Shown piece by piece: positions 1-12,458 of a stretch of 64,000 nt of DNA. The notes under the pieces were generated by a model. The model searched no databases and had not been told where the DNA came from. It saw nothing but the letters and a program-made list of their open reading frames with translations. The translations under genes and the position numbers were made by a program. How positions within the stretch are numbered: position 1 is the stretch's first letter; the number at the start of each line of letters is the position of its first letter. The stretch is from positions 115,630,001 to 115,694,000 of the forward strand of contig NC_043003.1 in assembly GCF_006345805.1 (NCBI RefSeq). The letters are read 5' to 3'. This DNA is from Octopus sinensis. Lineage: Eukaryota.

Positions 1-392
1 CTTTTATATATAAAGATGACAAAGTTAAAAGGTTGGACAATTGAAAGTTATTAATATATCACGGGAAAAAACCCGTTATCATAGCTAACAGCATAAAAAA
101 GTTCACTTGTACCCAGAATGCTATAACTATATTCGTCAGCGACAACGGCGAGAGATGAAGTTGTTGCTATGACTTTACATAACAGAATACGAACTAAAAA
201 AGTGATACTTATAGCTACGAATATTAAGAAGGCAGTGATGACTCAATCGCTGCAAACTCTTCAAACTCCATTGTCAATATTCCAAGTATTTCTAGTATTT
301 CCACTGTGACAACCAATCATGTGGAATCGAAGCGTTTGCATGAACATTCATCAAAAACAACTGATTTAATACAATATGATATTTCTCTAAAA

Positions 393-647
393 TCTTTATA
401 TATAAAAGAAAGGTTGTGTGTCTGTCTCCTACGATTTAGATTCCTAACTACTCCCACATTTTGCGGTGCAGTTTAACCAAAACTCTCTAAGAATGTCTAC
501 GATGAGTCAACGATTAAAAAAAAAATTTACCATCATTTTATTTCCATTTTTAATGCATTTTTTTGCTATCTTCTGGCTATAACTCTCTAAAAATGCTTTA
601 TAGTTATTTCCCTTACAAACCCGAGCAACGCCGGGCGATACTGCTAG
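393..647 (+). mobile_element. Non-autonomous Helitron, family H1 (internally deleted copy)
   Basis: Starts A|TCTTTATATATAAAA, ends with hairpin CCCGAGCAACGCCGGG then CTAG|T, no TSD; same family at 2158, 18758, 59332. Confidence 0.85.
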
Positions 648-979
648 TTAATAATAAACTGAGAATCTATTTTCATCATTGCCAAAAAATTCTTACTGGC
701 GATTTATCCGCTTACATTGTGAATTTATAATTTGTATAGCAGTGAGATTTCGATTATTTTCATATAGCTTTTTCGAAGCAAATCATTTGTATCATGCGCA
801 AAGAATACGGTGAAACGCTCTTTCGTTTCAGAGTTCATACCGCTTCTCCAGTTATATTTTTCAAAATACTGGTCGCCACTATTTCACCTCAAGAAATTCT
901 TTAAATTCATATTTTTTTCGCGTTCCATGTCAAGCGCGTAAATTGTAAATTTTAATTTCTCATCAGGCAACAATATTAT

Positions 980-1376
980 TGAGTGAGAGAGCAATGCACG
1001 CCATCAAAGTGACACTGGGGTGCTAATATACCCAAGATCATTATACCTATCATGACTGTCCGTCTCATAAGGGTACACCAGATGCATGCATCACAACCAG
1101 ATGTGCGCCACATGGTGATCTCATATCAAGATAAACAACGCATGACCTTACAGGTGGGGCTCAGAATTTTCTTCAGGTCGCGTAGCCTACCCTGCTCAAA
1201 AGGTCTCCGAATAGGGGTTGTTTAAAGATGCTGAACGAAACACCCATGTTCCCAGAGGTGAATTATTCAAACCCCACACACTTCCTCTGAACACATGACT
1301 ATGAGGCTCTTCCAGTCCTTTTGCACATGATCAGAGATGCACATATCGTCAGCTACTAAGGGACATGATGAACTGG

Positions 1377-1378
<2 letters not shown>
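980..1378. repeat. Unclassified interspersed repeat D (truncated copy) flanked by ATT repeats
   Basis: Colinear with 28074-28631 from the same first base (TGAGTGAGAGAGC); stops at AACTGGTT and runs into (ATT)n. Confidence 0.8.
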
Positions 1379-1454
<76 letters not shown>

Positions 1455-1560
1455 AATAATAACAATAACAACAACAACAACAATAATAATAATAACAACA
1501 ACAATAATAATAATAATAATAATAATTATTATTATCATTATTATTATTATTATTATTATT
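1379..1560. repeat. Compound (ATT)n/(AAT)n/(AAC)n microsatellite
   Basis: Direct reading; explains the poly-I/N/Y ORFs. Confidence 0.95.
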
Positions 1561-2157
1561 AAATGCCTGACGTGTTACACGACATACGTATGTACATACA
1601 TACATCATCCTTGTGCATGTTTGGTTCACTGCTGGAGTAAGGTTTCAGTACGATCTCCCTACCAACCACGGTCTGATGTTTCCAACTTCTCCATGGTCTT
1701 TCCTAAGAAACGATGGTAAATAGCCTTTACTTTAAAGAACTGCTACTGAATACCTCTCTTTGATAGATTTAGAAATAATAATATTTCTATTTTATTAGAT
1801 CAGTAATTGTGTGTCACTTTGAAAACTGTGTATTCGAACAGTGAATTCAGCAAAGCGAACCTAACCAAGATGCTACTCTGTGTTGATAAAGGGCAATAAC
1901 CCAGGAACCGTCCCACTGATGTTGTTTTGACCTGAATGAGAGTGTTGAACTCCAGTTCGAAAATATAAAGAGACAGATATCGATTCGTATAGCCATGTGG
2001 ACAGGACGTTTCCTGGGGCTAAATAACAGTAATAGTCCCTTCAAGGATTGCAAACTTATGTTGGCAAATTACATTTATTTTAAATGACTGTCACTGAAAA
2101 TCTCGCTTTGAGATATTTAGAAATGGTAATGTTTCTATTCTAACACACACACGCACA

Positions 2158-2459
2158 TCTTTATATATAAAAATGAAGTTGTGTGAGAGTCTGTCTCCTC
2201 CGATTTAGATTCCTAACTACTCCCACATTTTGCGGTGCAGTTTAACCAAAAGCGGGTATCTTATAGTCGTAATTCATATCGAGCCCTTCTGGGTATTAGC
2301 ACGTGTCTACGATGAGTCTACGATTAAAAAAAATTTACCATAATTTTTTCCCACTTTTAATGCATTTTTTGCTCGGTTTATATACGGGAAGTAACTCTCT
2401 AAAAATGCTTATATAGTTATTTCCCTTACAAGCCCGAGCAACGCCGGGCGATAATGCTA

Positions 2460-2460
<1 letters not shown>
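2158..2460 (+). mobile_element. Non-autonomous Helitron, family H1
   Basis: A|TC start, 3' GCCCGAGCAACGCCGGGC hairpin, CTAG|T end; inserted at a (CA)n/(TA)n boundary. Confidence 0.85.
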
Positions 2461-2506
<46 letters not shown>

Positions 2507-2745
2507 AATTGAGCTGCAGAGGCTACTAACCTGACGAGATGAATGGAACTTGGTGCAAACGTAATTGTGAGATGTATATGCAACAAAAACGTACGTCAGA
2601 CAGATTTAAATTCAACATGCTCCATAAATGACTGCAAAAATCAAAAGTATGGTGTAATATCAATCCCTGCATTCATTTTAATTGGTAAAATGTTTATAGA
2701 CAAGTGAATCGACTGTGGTGGATTATAATTGATTACTTAAGCCCT

Positions 2746-2980
2746 GTGTATATATATATATATATTATTCAAAGAAATTCCAACTCTCTCTGCTTTTTAT
2801 GCTTTATTTATTTTTTATTTATATTCTTTTCAATATTAATGTAGAATATAGAATATATAGTATAAATAGTATATATATTCTATATTCTACAATAATATCA
2901 TAAAGAATATAGATATAAAATAAATAAAACATAAAAACAGAGAGAGTTGGAATTCCTTTGAATAGTATATATATATACAC
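2746..2980. repeat. Imperfect AT-rich foldback (hairpin), arms ~110 bp, (TA)n at both ends
   Basis: TTCAAAGAAATTCCAACTCTCTCTG on the left pairs with CAGAGAGAGTTGGAATTCCTTTGAA on the right; loop ~2860-2871. Confidence 0.85.
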
Positions 2981-3232
2981 GCGGATTTTTGTCAGTGAAC
3001 AGGTCGCGGATTTTAGCGACGAAAATATTTTGACAAATTAAACTTAAATGTTGAAGTGAATCGAACGGCTTTTGTGTGTTTCTTAAATGGCTTACAAACA
3101 CCTTCCACGCTGCAATTGTTTTCGTTCCAACACACGATCTCCGATCAAATCACTTGCTATGCGAGTACATCTCCGTAATATATATATATTCCTTTGAATA
3201 ATATATATCCCTCTATACACAATCATGCAAAC

Positions 3233-3324
<92 letters not shown>

Positions 3325-3850
3325 AAGAGAGAGAGGGGGAGTCTAGAATGTTGGTGCATGAGAGAGAAATTAACAAAGTTGAGCTTATCTGTATTTTTCA
3401 TATACCAGTATCATTTTTTGTTTTCTTTCAGGTTCCACCAACAAATGTGTATGATGCTAATATTTCAGTATACAACACCTTAGACATCCCGCTAGATAAA
3501 TGCGGCGTGCTGGAAAAATCCTTAACGTTGTGCATTCTAATTTCTTCGTCGGTTTGGAGACAGTAAAATTGGTACAATTTAACCAGTGGGGTTAATGTAA
3601 CGATGTAAATTATGTTCCTAAAACTGGTGGCCTTATGTCAAATAAGAAACATTTTGCGAATTTCCCACTCTTTGCAACTTGTCTAGGAATACAGCAGAGG
3701 TCAATATTGCTTTTCATTCTCTCGTAGCTGAGAAACGAAACTAGCATTCACATAATGGAGACGATGTTATCGACTATCTACTTGCAGTAAGATATCTGAT
3801 ATTCTGGCAGATTTATAGCAATTATTTTCTTTATTAATGCAAACGGAAAA

Positions 3851-3867
3851 ACCCGGCGTTGCCGGGC
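3851..3867 (-). other. Orphan Helitron-like 3' hairpin
   Basis: ACCCGGCGTTGCCGGGC resembles the H1/H2 terminal hairpin, but no CTAG end or 5' TC end was found. Confidence 0.3.
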
Positions 3868-5849
3868 TTTAACTCGCAGAACAAAGATTTGCCGTTAATA
3901 TCACGACATAAAAGACTTAAATTAAAGATCAGGATAAATGTTTTGAGAGTGGCAGAAAAATTAATGCACCTCTACTTCGATTGTTAGACAGGTTCTAAGA
4001 GTTCTCTTTTACGAAGTAGACTGCAATTCAGAAAGAAATTAAAGAAACTAATAGGCAGAAGATATTCTCGCTATGAAATGCCAAACACAAAATCTAATCC
4101 GAAAGTCTAACCTTAAATTCCAAACCATATACTCAAAACTTCTACTCCAAAATTTATCTTTGCTGCAGAATCCATAAACACTGAAACTAAGACACATCCT
4201 AACCATAAACCCTATCCTCATTTATTCTAGAATTATATTCCTGTCCTTAAAAGAACCCCACTGAAAAAGCCCCAAGAAAAAAATTCAAAACTGAGTGTGT
4301 CCTACCGTGTTTTACCTTCCACAACGCAGAAAAAATGGATAAAATAAAATAAGAATTTTGCAAAATGTCTTTATTTGTGTGCACGCTTCTTCTGCCTGCG
4401 TGAAGGAGACCGGAGTGTGTCAATGGCAATACAAATAGCTGTATATATTTATATTTACGCGTGTATCAGTATCTGTATATACGTATATCTATCAGTGTGA
4501 AAATATGCAATGTAAGAAAATATCTAATCGTTTCTTTTTCTCAACCATAGACGTTGAATGTTTGTAGCTTATATGCTGATAAATATTTATCCGTATGACA
4601 GTGTGGAAGACAGAAAAAAGCAGACAAGAACTCCTTATAATTTGGTGTCAACATTTTCGCCGCACTAACTGAGACCTGGTCACTGACAATGTTCCGCTCC
4701 CTGCAAATTATATTGCGTGTCAGTTAAGTACATATCCGAAACTTGCGAGTAAGATTCTGATAGCTACTTAGTTTTACAGCACCTGTTAAACTTGCCGACA
4801 TAGCTCAAGGAACGACTTCAAAGGATAGACGAAAATAACGATTATTGGTTTGAAAACACCAATAAATCTGCTTTCCTAAAATATAGAACTTCTGGCTTGA
4901 CTTCAGTATTTTTGCTCTTTCTGCCTCTGTGTATGTGTTGTTTCAGTTTTTGAATGCGAGACTTCTTCACTATATTTCAATTTTAAGTTGGACTATTTCT
5001 ACACTCGGAAATTTGTCACACATCATCAAAAAATTATATTTTAATAAGAACAAACAACATAAGTTTAATGATTATTGAGATTGCTTTGACAACAACAAGG
5101 CCAACAAAATCCTCATCAATTCAAACAACAATTGTAATGCAATGAATATTATACCCCAGCACCAATGACGCTGCAGTAACCATGGCAACGTTCATTAATA
5201 TATTCACGATTATGCAAATCATAGCAAACCCACCTCTATTCCAATACAAGCTAGCAATAAATAGAAAACCACCGAAAATAGAAGCAGCAACAGCATTACT
5301 GCATGCATACCAAAATCACCATGACAAAACCTAACAGCGTTGCCGTGGTTACATCAACAGCCACCATCCTGATATATATTCAGAATCAATACGACTTTCA
5401 CGAGATAAAGATCAAGATAAGTTGATTTACTTTAGAAAGCAATAACTCACACAACTCAACAAGTAATGAACCAACAAAATACACTTTCTGTCCAGCTCCA
5501 ATCAAAACAAATAGTCCCTCTACTACTAATCAACACGGCAACCAATCAACTCTCGCCAGCGGCATGTTCTTCTCGTGCTAGTCATTCCAAACCAACTCGC
5601 TAGACCTAAAACAGAATACCGTATCCATCCAACCAGCCAGTCAGTTCAGATAGTAGGTGGGCCTTCGTCGTACTAAGGTCCATGTGATTCTTTGGTTCAT
5701 ATGTACTATAGAGAAGTGCAATCGGGTAATTCGAGACTCATTCCTACGTGATATATATAACGACATATTTTAACACCAGATTAGTTAAAGCGAAGTTTCA
5801 CACGCAGATTCAGCATCGGACTTTGAACGAAAATATGTGAATGCATGCG

Positions 5850-5892
<43 letters not shown>

Positions 5893-5989
5893 CATGTATA
5901 TACATATATATACATACATAAATTTATATATGCATATATATTAATATATGTGTATATCTATATGTATACATATATAAATATATATATGT

Positions 5990-6025
<36 letters not shown>

Positions 6026-6369
6026 TAGAAGAAATGAGGTACTCGGATGATTTATGTTTACAGATATTTACTTGTATATTACATTTTTTATATATATCAT
6101 ATATATATATATATATATATAATATATATATATATAATATATATATATATATACATACATATATATATATGTATATACATACATGTAAGTAATAGAAACA
6201 GGTTTCAAAGTTAAAATGACTACACGTGTTATAAATAGGGGAAAAATTAAAACGAAACAAAGAAAATGCAGACTAGGTATAAATGTAATGGCTTTTTTTA
6301 AAATAAGAGCAAAGATATAAACATAAAAATAAGTGATTTGAGGTGGAACCAAGAAGTATGGCGATCATT

Positions 6370-7125
6370 ATCCTGAGTCAATATAGAAAGTCATACCGGT
6401 TTCGTCATCGCTGTTCACTGACTCTGAATCAATACCGATTTCTAAGCGGTGTTGGGTCTAATAGTACCTGAGTGAAAACATTGCATGCAAGGGAGGTAAG
6501 CTGTTCTGAAATTGATACAATTAGGTTAATATGATTAATAGAGTATGAATGTTATATGGGATGTATGAGGATCAGTGGGATCACGGGTATTAGTAAGGTT
6601 ATTAGTGTCCCGTATAAAGTTTTGTGTTCATGTTAAGTTGCGCTGATATTAATGAAAGTTGCCTTTAGTTAGTTCTAGCTGCACTGAGGTGTTCTGGGAA
6701 CATTGATAATAAAGGAAAATTAGGAGTTTGGTTTAAGGTTCCTGGCACATCTATGTACTCACTGTCTATGTTGTGGGAAGCGGATTTGTTCTTTGTCAAC
6801 TGTTGTTCTTTTGGGGGACATTCGTGTTTGGTCTTTATAGTGATTTCCGCAACCTAAGCAGGTAATAACATCGATTAGGTTATCAGAGGCACAAGTGAAA
6901 TTTGACTTTATCTTAAATATTTCACCTTGTTTGAAATGCAATTCAGTGCCCTCTAAATAGTGGGGCATGGACCACAGTTATTCCGCTCGCACTTTTCTAC
7001 TCCGTTGTTATTTTTCAAAGCTTAACCGCCTTCTCAGATTTTTCTCAGCATCTAAAAGTCACCCACTCCGTTTTCAACTTCGTTTTTCTATATTTCTAGA
7101 CGTGTCCATGAAAATTACTTTGCAT
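6370..7125 (-). mobile_element. Penelope-like retroelement 3' remnant (Cys linker, GIY-YIG endonuclease, 3' terminal repeat region)
   Basis: Translation KCERNNCGPCP, frameshift, then YLEGTELHFKQGEIFKIKSNFTCASDNLIDVITCLGCGNHYKDQT...EQIR, fitting the PLE GIY-YIG pattern (FTC.S.N.IY.I.C..C...YIGQT); hammerhead-like motif downstream. Confidence 0.8.
6389..6423 (-). ncRNA. Degenerate minimal type I hammerhead ribozyme motif
   Basis: AGTCA-gtgaaca-GcgatgaC-GAAA-CCGG-TA-TGACT: stem I AGTCA/TGACT, palindromic stem III ACCGGT; core has two substitutions versus CUGANGA. Confidence 0.55.
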
Positions 7126-9803
7126 CTTATTCATGTATACAAACTCACACACACATGTATAAGCATATATATGGGGGGGGGGTATGTGTGCATGCATGTG
7201 CGTGTATGTATATATGATTATACACAGGTATAAGCATATATATGCGTGTGGGTATGTGTGAGTGTGTATGTGTGTGTATCGACGAATACCCCATTCATAT
7301 ACTCACGTACACATATACCACTTTAACGATATACGCTGTTAAATGTGATGGGGTGTGTGGGGCACAAATAATAATGGAGTCCCACCTCAATTCCTGGTCG
7401 AAATCTTTTATTACGAGAGAATGTAATAAGTGTAATTTACATTTCAAAAGTTTGCAATAAAACTCACAAATTTATTCAAATACAAAGGAACAGTTTTAGC
7501 TTCCATAGTGCAACTGTAAACCATATCATGCTGTAATTGCTCGCTGTCTGCGTCAGTTGCTGAGGTTCCACGATTGTATGCAGACATCATGCCCTTTTAT
7601 AGAGTATGTAATCGAACGGTCGTCCCTTCATAAAAACCAAGAATCCCAAAATGGGGATCCGGCATTTTGGTTCATCGGGCTTCCACCCCTAGCTGTGCAA
7701 TGTGGATGATGGCATTTCCACATTAGCAATGCAGAGAGAAGTGTTCGTTGATAATAGGGTTTGTATCATCTGTGAAGCACTGTTCTGTGTTTACTGGAGG
7801 AGTTTCATCCTGGGGACTACGTTTGAAACTTCTCGAAATATTTACGGGTAGACCTTAACAGGTTCAGATTAAAATGCGAAGACTCGAAATTACCAGCAGA
7901 CGAGTAATTCGGAAGAGATATGTAATGATTGCATTTATTGTTTGAGGTTTCAGTCCTTCAGCCACAATTTAGGTTTTCATTCCGAAATATTTTAATTAAT
8001 TCATTTATGCAACTTCATTTTACTTCATCCGATCTCAACATCTTTTTTCAGATTGAAAGAAGCTGAAAATTGTTCATCGTTGTTCTGATAACTGTAGTGA
8101 GATCTTTGTTTTACCCCGGATTTGTAACTCATTTGTAACAAATCATCTGTATTTTTGGCGTCAAGGCTTTGAAATATATCTCGGAGGAGCTATCTTCCAA
8201 CGCTAATTAAAAAATTTTGTCCGTAAAATTTAAGCTGATGTCGGATTTTATGCTGACACGTTTACTCCGTGTAGAATAATTACGACAGTGCGTTTTAGTT
8301 TCAGTATTAAATTTAAATTTTATTTAAGACATCTCTTTTGATTTTTCCCTATCATCATGAAGTTTATTCAAAATTTTCTATTGCTTTGGCTTTGTTAACT
8401 TTTGAAGAGTTGCTTTACTTAATTACATGTTTCTATTTTCACATTTTTCTTATTTACTTATTACTTTGAGCAGTTTTCGTTGGCAGATTCTATGTATTCA
8501 CTATTTATGCCGTTGTTATTTTGTAGCCACATAGAGAGAAATTTTGTGCATCTACCTAATTTTAAATCTATACGAAGTCAACGTTGGCATTGAAAATTAC
8601 GATGTCGATACAAATTTTACCATTGTAGAATTATATCAATATAATCGAATCTTTCCTCCCCTACATATTGTGACAATATGCACAAAGTCTAAAAATCATT
8701 ATTATCCGTACTTGGAACAACGACAGAAGCAGTAACAATAGTTTTGAGAGCAGTACAAGTAAAAAGATTAGTGGTGATGGTTTGTGGAAATATTGTGTGG
8801 GATTTTTTTTAACATTTATTTTATGTTTACATTTCATGAGGAAACAAAGAAAAAAAAAAGAACGGATTATTGTTTATCAATTTATGAGGTCATAAAGTTT
8901 AGAGTCTGTCTCTTTGAAAAATCACAGTCAATATTGTAAAACGATATTTCACTTAAAAGAATATCACACAGTGCTGCTAAAATAAATAAATAAATATCAG
9001 AATCAACAGCAATAGGAAATATTGATTTATCAGGAAACAATATTAAAAGAACTGATATATTCCTCATTGTTATTCGTTATTTATATTTGCTTTTGCTGTG
9101 GTTTCTTTGCTCTCCATATGTTCTGCTGTCTGTTTTCGTCAACCTGACCTAGACACACATCTCATTAATTCGCTTCAAATGTCAAGATTACAAGTATATT
9201 GGGCAAATGCGCAGGCAACAATGTTATTTAAGTCTTCAATAAAGACACGGCCCCAAATCCGCTTAGATACCGCCGAGAGATTCATTGTACTTCGTGCATT
9301 AAAACTTATTCTTGTCACTAAGTAAGATTTATACATTTGCCAAATGTCTATTAAGTTTGGGTACATAGGAGACATAAAAATTCACTGAGGCATATTATCC
9401 GCCGAATAAATATATGGAAAGAAAGTCATCAGCTCTTATCCAATTCGATGAAGTTTCTGCGAAATACACAGCTGATTTTTTTTTCTCAAAATCCATAACT
9501 AAATCCATAACTAATACTTTTTAATACTTAATAAATTTCAACACAAAAACATATTATGTTCCTTTTCAACTGTGTAGCTCTTACTCCATAAAATCATTCT
9601 TATATGTTTAGAATAACAACTGCGTTGCTTAGAAAACCACACTACTGAAGATAAACTGGTTAAGCCATACTAAATATTCCATGTTGTGACCGATTTCTTC
9701 CTTCCAACAAAAGCATGGCTTATAGAGCGTGGCACTAAAAGGGTTGGAGACGTTCATGAAAGCCCTAAATTTCTAAAAATAATACCACGGGGATACAATA
9801 TCG

Positions 9804-10623
9804 GGATCTTTTCGGTTTGAACGACAGTTTTTTCTAACGGTGTCATATGAAATTGTCACCCATAATTACGACCCCAGTATCGATCTATTGCATTTCAATA
9901 TGTTTTAGGGTTAGGGTTAGGGGTGGGGGGCAGGGTATCTTTTTTTCTTCACAAATGTAAATAAACGCAGGAGTGGCTGTGTGGTAAGTAGCTTTCTTAC
10001 CAACCACATGGTTTCGGGTTCGGTCCCACTGCGTGGCATCTTGGGCAAGTATCTTCTGCTATAGCCCCGGACCGATAAATGCCTTGTGAGTGGATTTGGT
10101 AGACGGAAACTTAAAGAAGCCTGTCGTATATATGTATATGTATATATATGAATGTGTGTGTATATTTTTGTGTACTTGACATTGCTTGACAACCGATGCT
10201 GGTGTGTTTACGTCCCCGTCGTTTAGCGGTTCGACAAAAGATACCGATATAATAAGTACTGGGCTTACAAAGAATAAGTCCCGGGGTCGATTTGCTCGAC
10301 TAAAGGCGGGTCCCCAGCATGGCCGCAGTCAAATGACTAAAACAAGTAAAAGAGTAAAGAGTAAAGAGTAAACACAATCTATTTCTTAAACGAGGGACAT
10401 ATTCATACAGCACAGAATGTTTTTTAACTCAATAGACGTCAGTGATTGGTTGAAATTGCAGAAATTGAAGAAAAAAAAAAAAATCTTACAAACTATAACA
10501 TTTTCTCAATAAAGCCAAGAGAAAAAGATGTTTTATAAAGTTATTCTACCAGTATATGAAGTTTAAATTTGTTTAGATACCTAGAAATTATGTTAAAAAC
10601 TGCCGTTCAAACCGAAAAGATCC
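9804..10623 (+). mobile_element. Merlin-like MITE (interrupted by a SINE)
   Basis: ~29-bp TIRs GGATCTTTTCGGTTTGAAC.../...GTTCAAACCGAAAAGATCC, perfect 8-bp TSD CAATATCG (9796-9803 / 10624-10631); GG termini plus 8-bp TSD fit Merlin. Confidence 0.75.
9966..10373 (+). mobile_element. tRNA-derived SINE family A, nested in the MITE
   Basis: A-box TGGCTGTGTGG, B-box-like GGTTCGGTCCC, central microsatellite, GTAAAGA tail; the empty site is visible in the MITE copy at 25233. Confidence 0.9.
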
Positions 10624-11180
10624 CAATATCGCCCTATTTATGAAATGGAATACAGAATAACATTATTTTCGTGCTGTATGTCAAAATACAGAGTTTCGTT
10701 CCACAGAGGAACGAGAGTTATCCGAGTACACACAAAAAGGACAAAATTTGTATGTTTAATTTATCGACGACATTCTCCGTTCTGATGATGGTAAGATATT
10801 TGAATTGAGAAGCATCAAAGCCACTAACATCGATTTAAGCTAAAACATCTGATAATGAATGTTTGACAGAAACGTTGTCAAGGAACACTCCATCTTACCA
10901 AATGTGTTAAATGGAACGTCTCAGAATATATATGAACGTTGTCATAATATCCGCAAAAGCTAACAATCGTCAATTCAGTTCCGAATATTATAAGCCCCGT
11001 CAAAATCGTTCATCGTCTCCATAGATTAAGCTGTGATACTGAAGGGAATTCCTGGTATCAGTTCTTCTTGGATAGCACAATGTGATGAATTTCCGAATAC
11101 AATCGTCTTCTCCGACAATAATAAGGTTTATCAAACTTCCAAATAAATAAGCTAACGGGCGATATCGATTACAAAATATT

Positions 11181-11331
11181 AGAAGAAGAAGAAGAAGAAG
11201 AAGAAGAAGAAGAAGAAGAAGAAGAAGAAGAAGAAGAAGAAGAAGAAGAAGAAGAAGAAGAAGAAGAAGAAGAAGAAGAAGAAGAAGAAGAAGAAGAAGA
11301 AGAAGAAGAAGAAGAAGAAGAAGAAGAAGAA
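11181..11331. repeat. Pure (GAA)n tract, ~50 units
   Basis: Direct reading. Confidence 0.97.
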
Positions 11332-11764
11332 AGTAATGGAAAATTGAACATTTGTTTTCTTTATCTTTAGACATAAATCATTCACATGGTGATAACCTGT
11401 CTGTTCTTTCTATTACAAGCAAATGATGGTATTGAAACAGAGGCAAAATTTCGTTACCGATGGCGTTGCTAATGTGCAGGTTGACTGACTTCATAAATGG
11501 CTGGAGTTTATTTACGGATAGGTCTCCATTCAAAACAGTTATTGTACTCAGACAGACGAACACGATTAAGTAAGGGGAAATCTGTATTGAAGTAAAGCCA
11601 TGCAACGGGACGCTATGCTTCAACAACGCATTACAGGAAATGGTAGGAGGCGGAATATCGGAAAAGCTGTAGAACGATGGAGATACTGGCAGACCCAAGT
11701 TGAGATTCAAGAACACTGTTATGCAAGGTTTTCCCAATTCCGAGTTAGCCTCTGATCACTGCAT

Positions 11765-12168
11765 CTCTTTCTCTTTCTCTTTTACTTGTTTCAGTCATTT
11801 GACTGCGGCCATGCTGGGGCACTGCCTTTAATCGAGCAACTCGACCTCGGTACTTTTTCTTTTGTAAGCCCAGTACTTATTCTATCGGTCTCTTTTGCCG
11901 AACCGCTAGGTAACGGGGACATAAACTCACCAGCATCGGTCGTCAAGCAATGCTAGGGGAACAAACACAGACACACACACACGCATATATATATATATAT
12001 ATATATACGACGGGCTTCTTTCAGTTTCCGTCTACCAAATCCACTCACATGGCTTTGGTCGGCCCGAGGCTATAGTAGAAGGCACTTTCCCAAGGTGCCA
12101 CGCAGTGGGACTGAACCCGGAACCATGTGGTTGCTAAACAAGCTACTTACCACACAGCCACTCCTGCA
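11765..12168 (-). mobile_element. SINE family A
   Basis: Reverse complement of the 9966 and 12459 copies over ~400 bp. Confidence 0.9.
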
Positions 12169-12215
12169 GAGATTTGGTTCATAAAATAATTGTCGTTGAC
12201 TACAGACCGGATTGG

Positions 12216-12216
<1 letters not shown>

Positions 12217-12306
<90 letters not shown>
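12217..12306. repeat. (GT)n microsatellite
   Basis: Direct reading. Confidence 0.95.
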
Positions 12307-12307
<1 letters not shown>

Positions 12308-12458
12308 ATTCTTCAAATAACAATGGTTATAAGCTTACAGCTTGTAAGCATTCACAGTGTATTGGCTAAAGAAACCAGTCATATACTGGGGCATAATAAG
12401 GCTATTTTTTATAGCCAATATGCGGTGAACTCTTATAAACTTAAAGATTATGAATATT

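Noticed and set aside
5750-5790. TATATAA about 28 bp upstream of TTAGTT (TATA + Inr-like)
   Set aside because: Expected by chance in AT-rich DNA; no downstream exon or ORF supports it.
8030-8140. Possible hAT dimerisation-domain peptide (..EQR.NNFQLLSI.KD) on the minus strand
   Set aside because: Needs frameshifts and lacks the ERSFS motif; too weak.
10745-10860. DVSGFDASQ (viral RdRp motif A-like) on the minus strand and FIDDIL (RT-like) on the plus strand
   Set aside because: Single short motifs surrounded by stops, with no second motif at the proper spacing; at most a very old Penelope-type RT.
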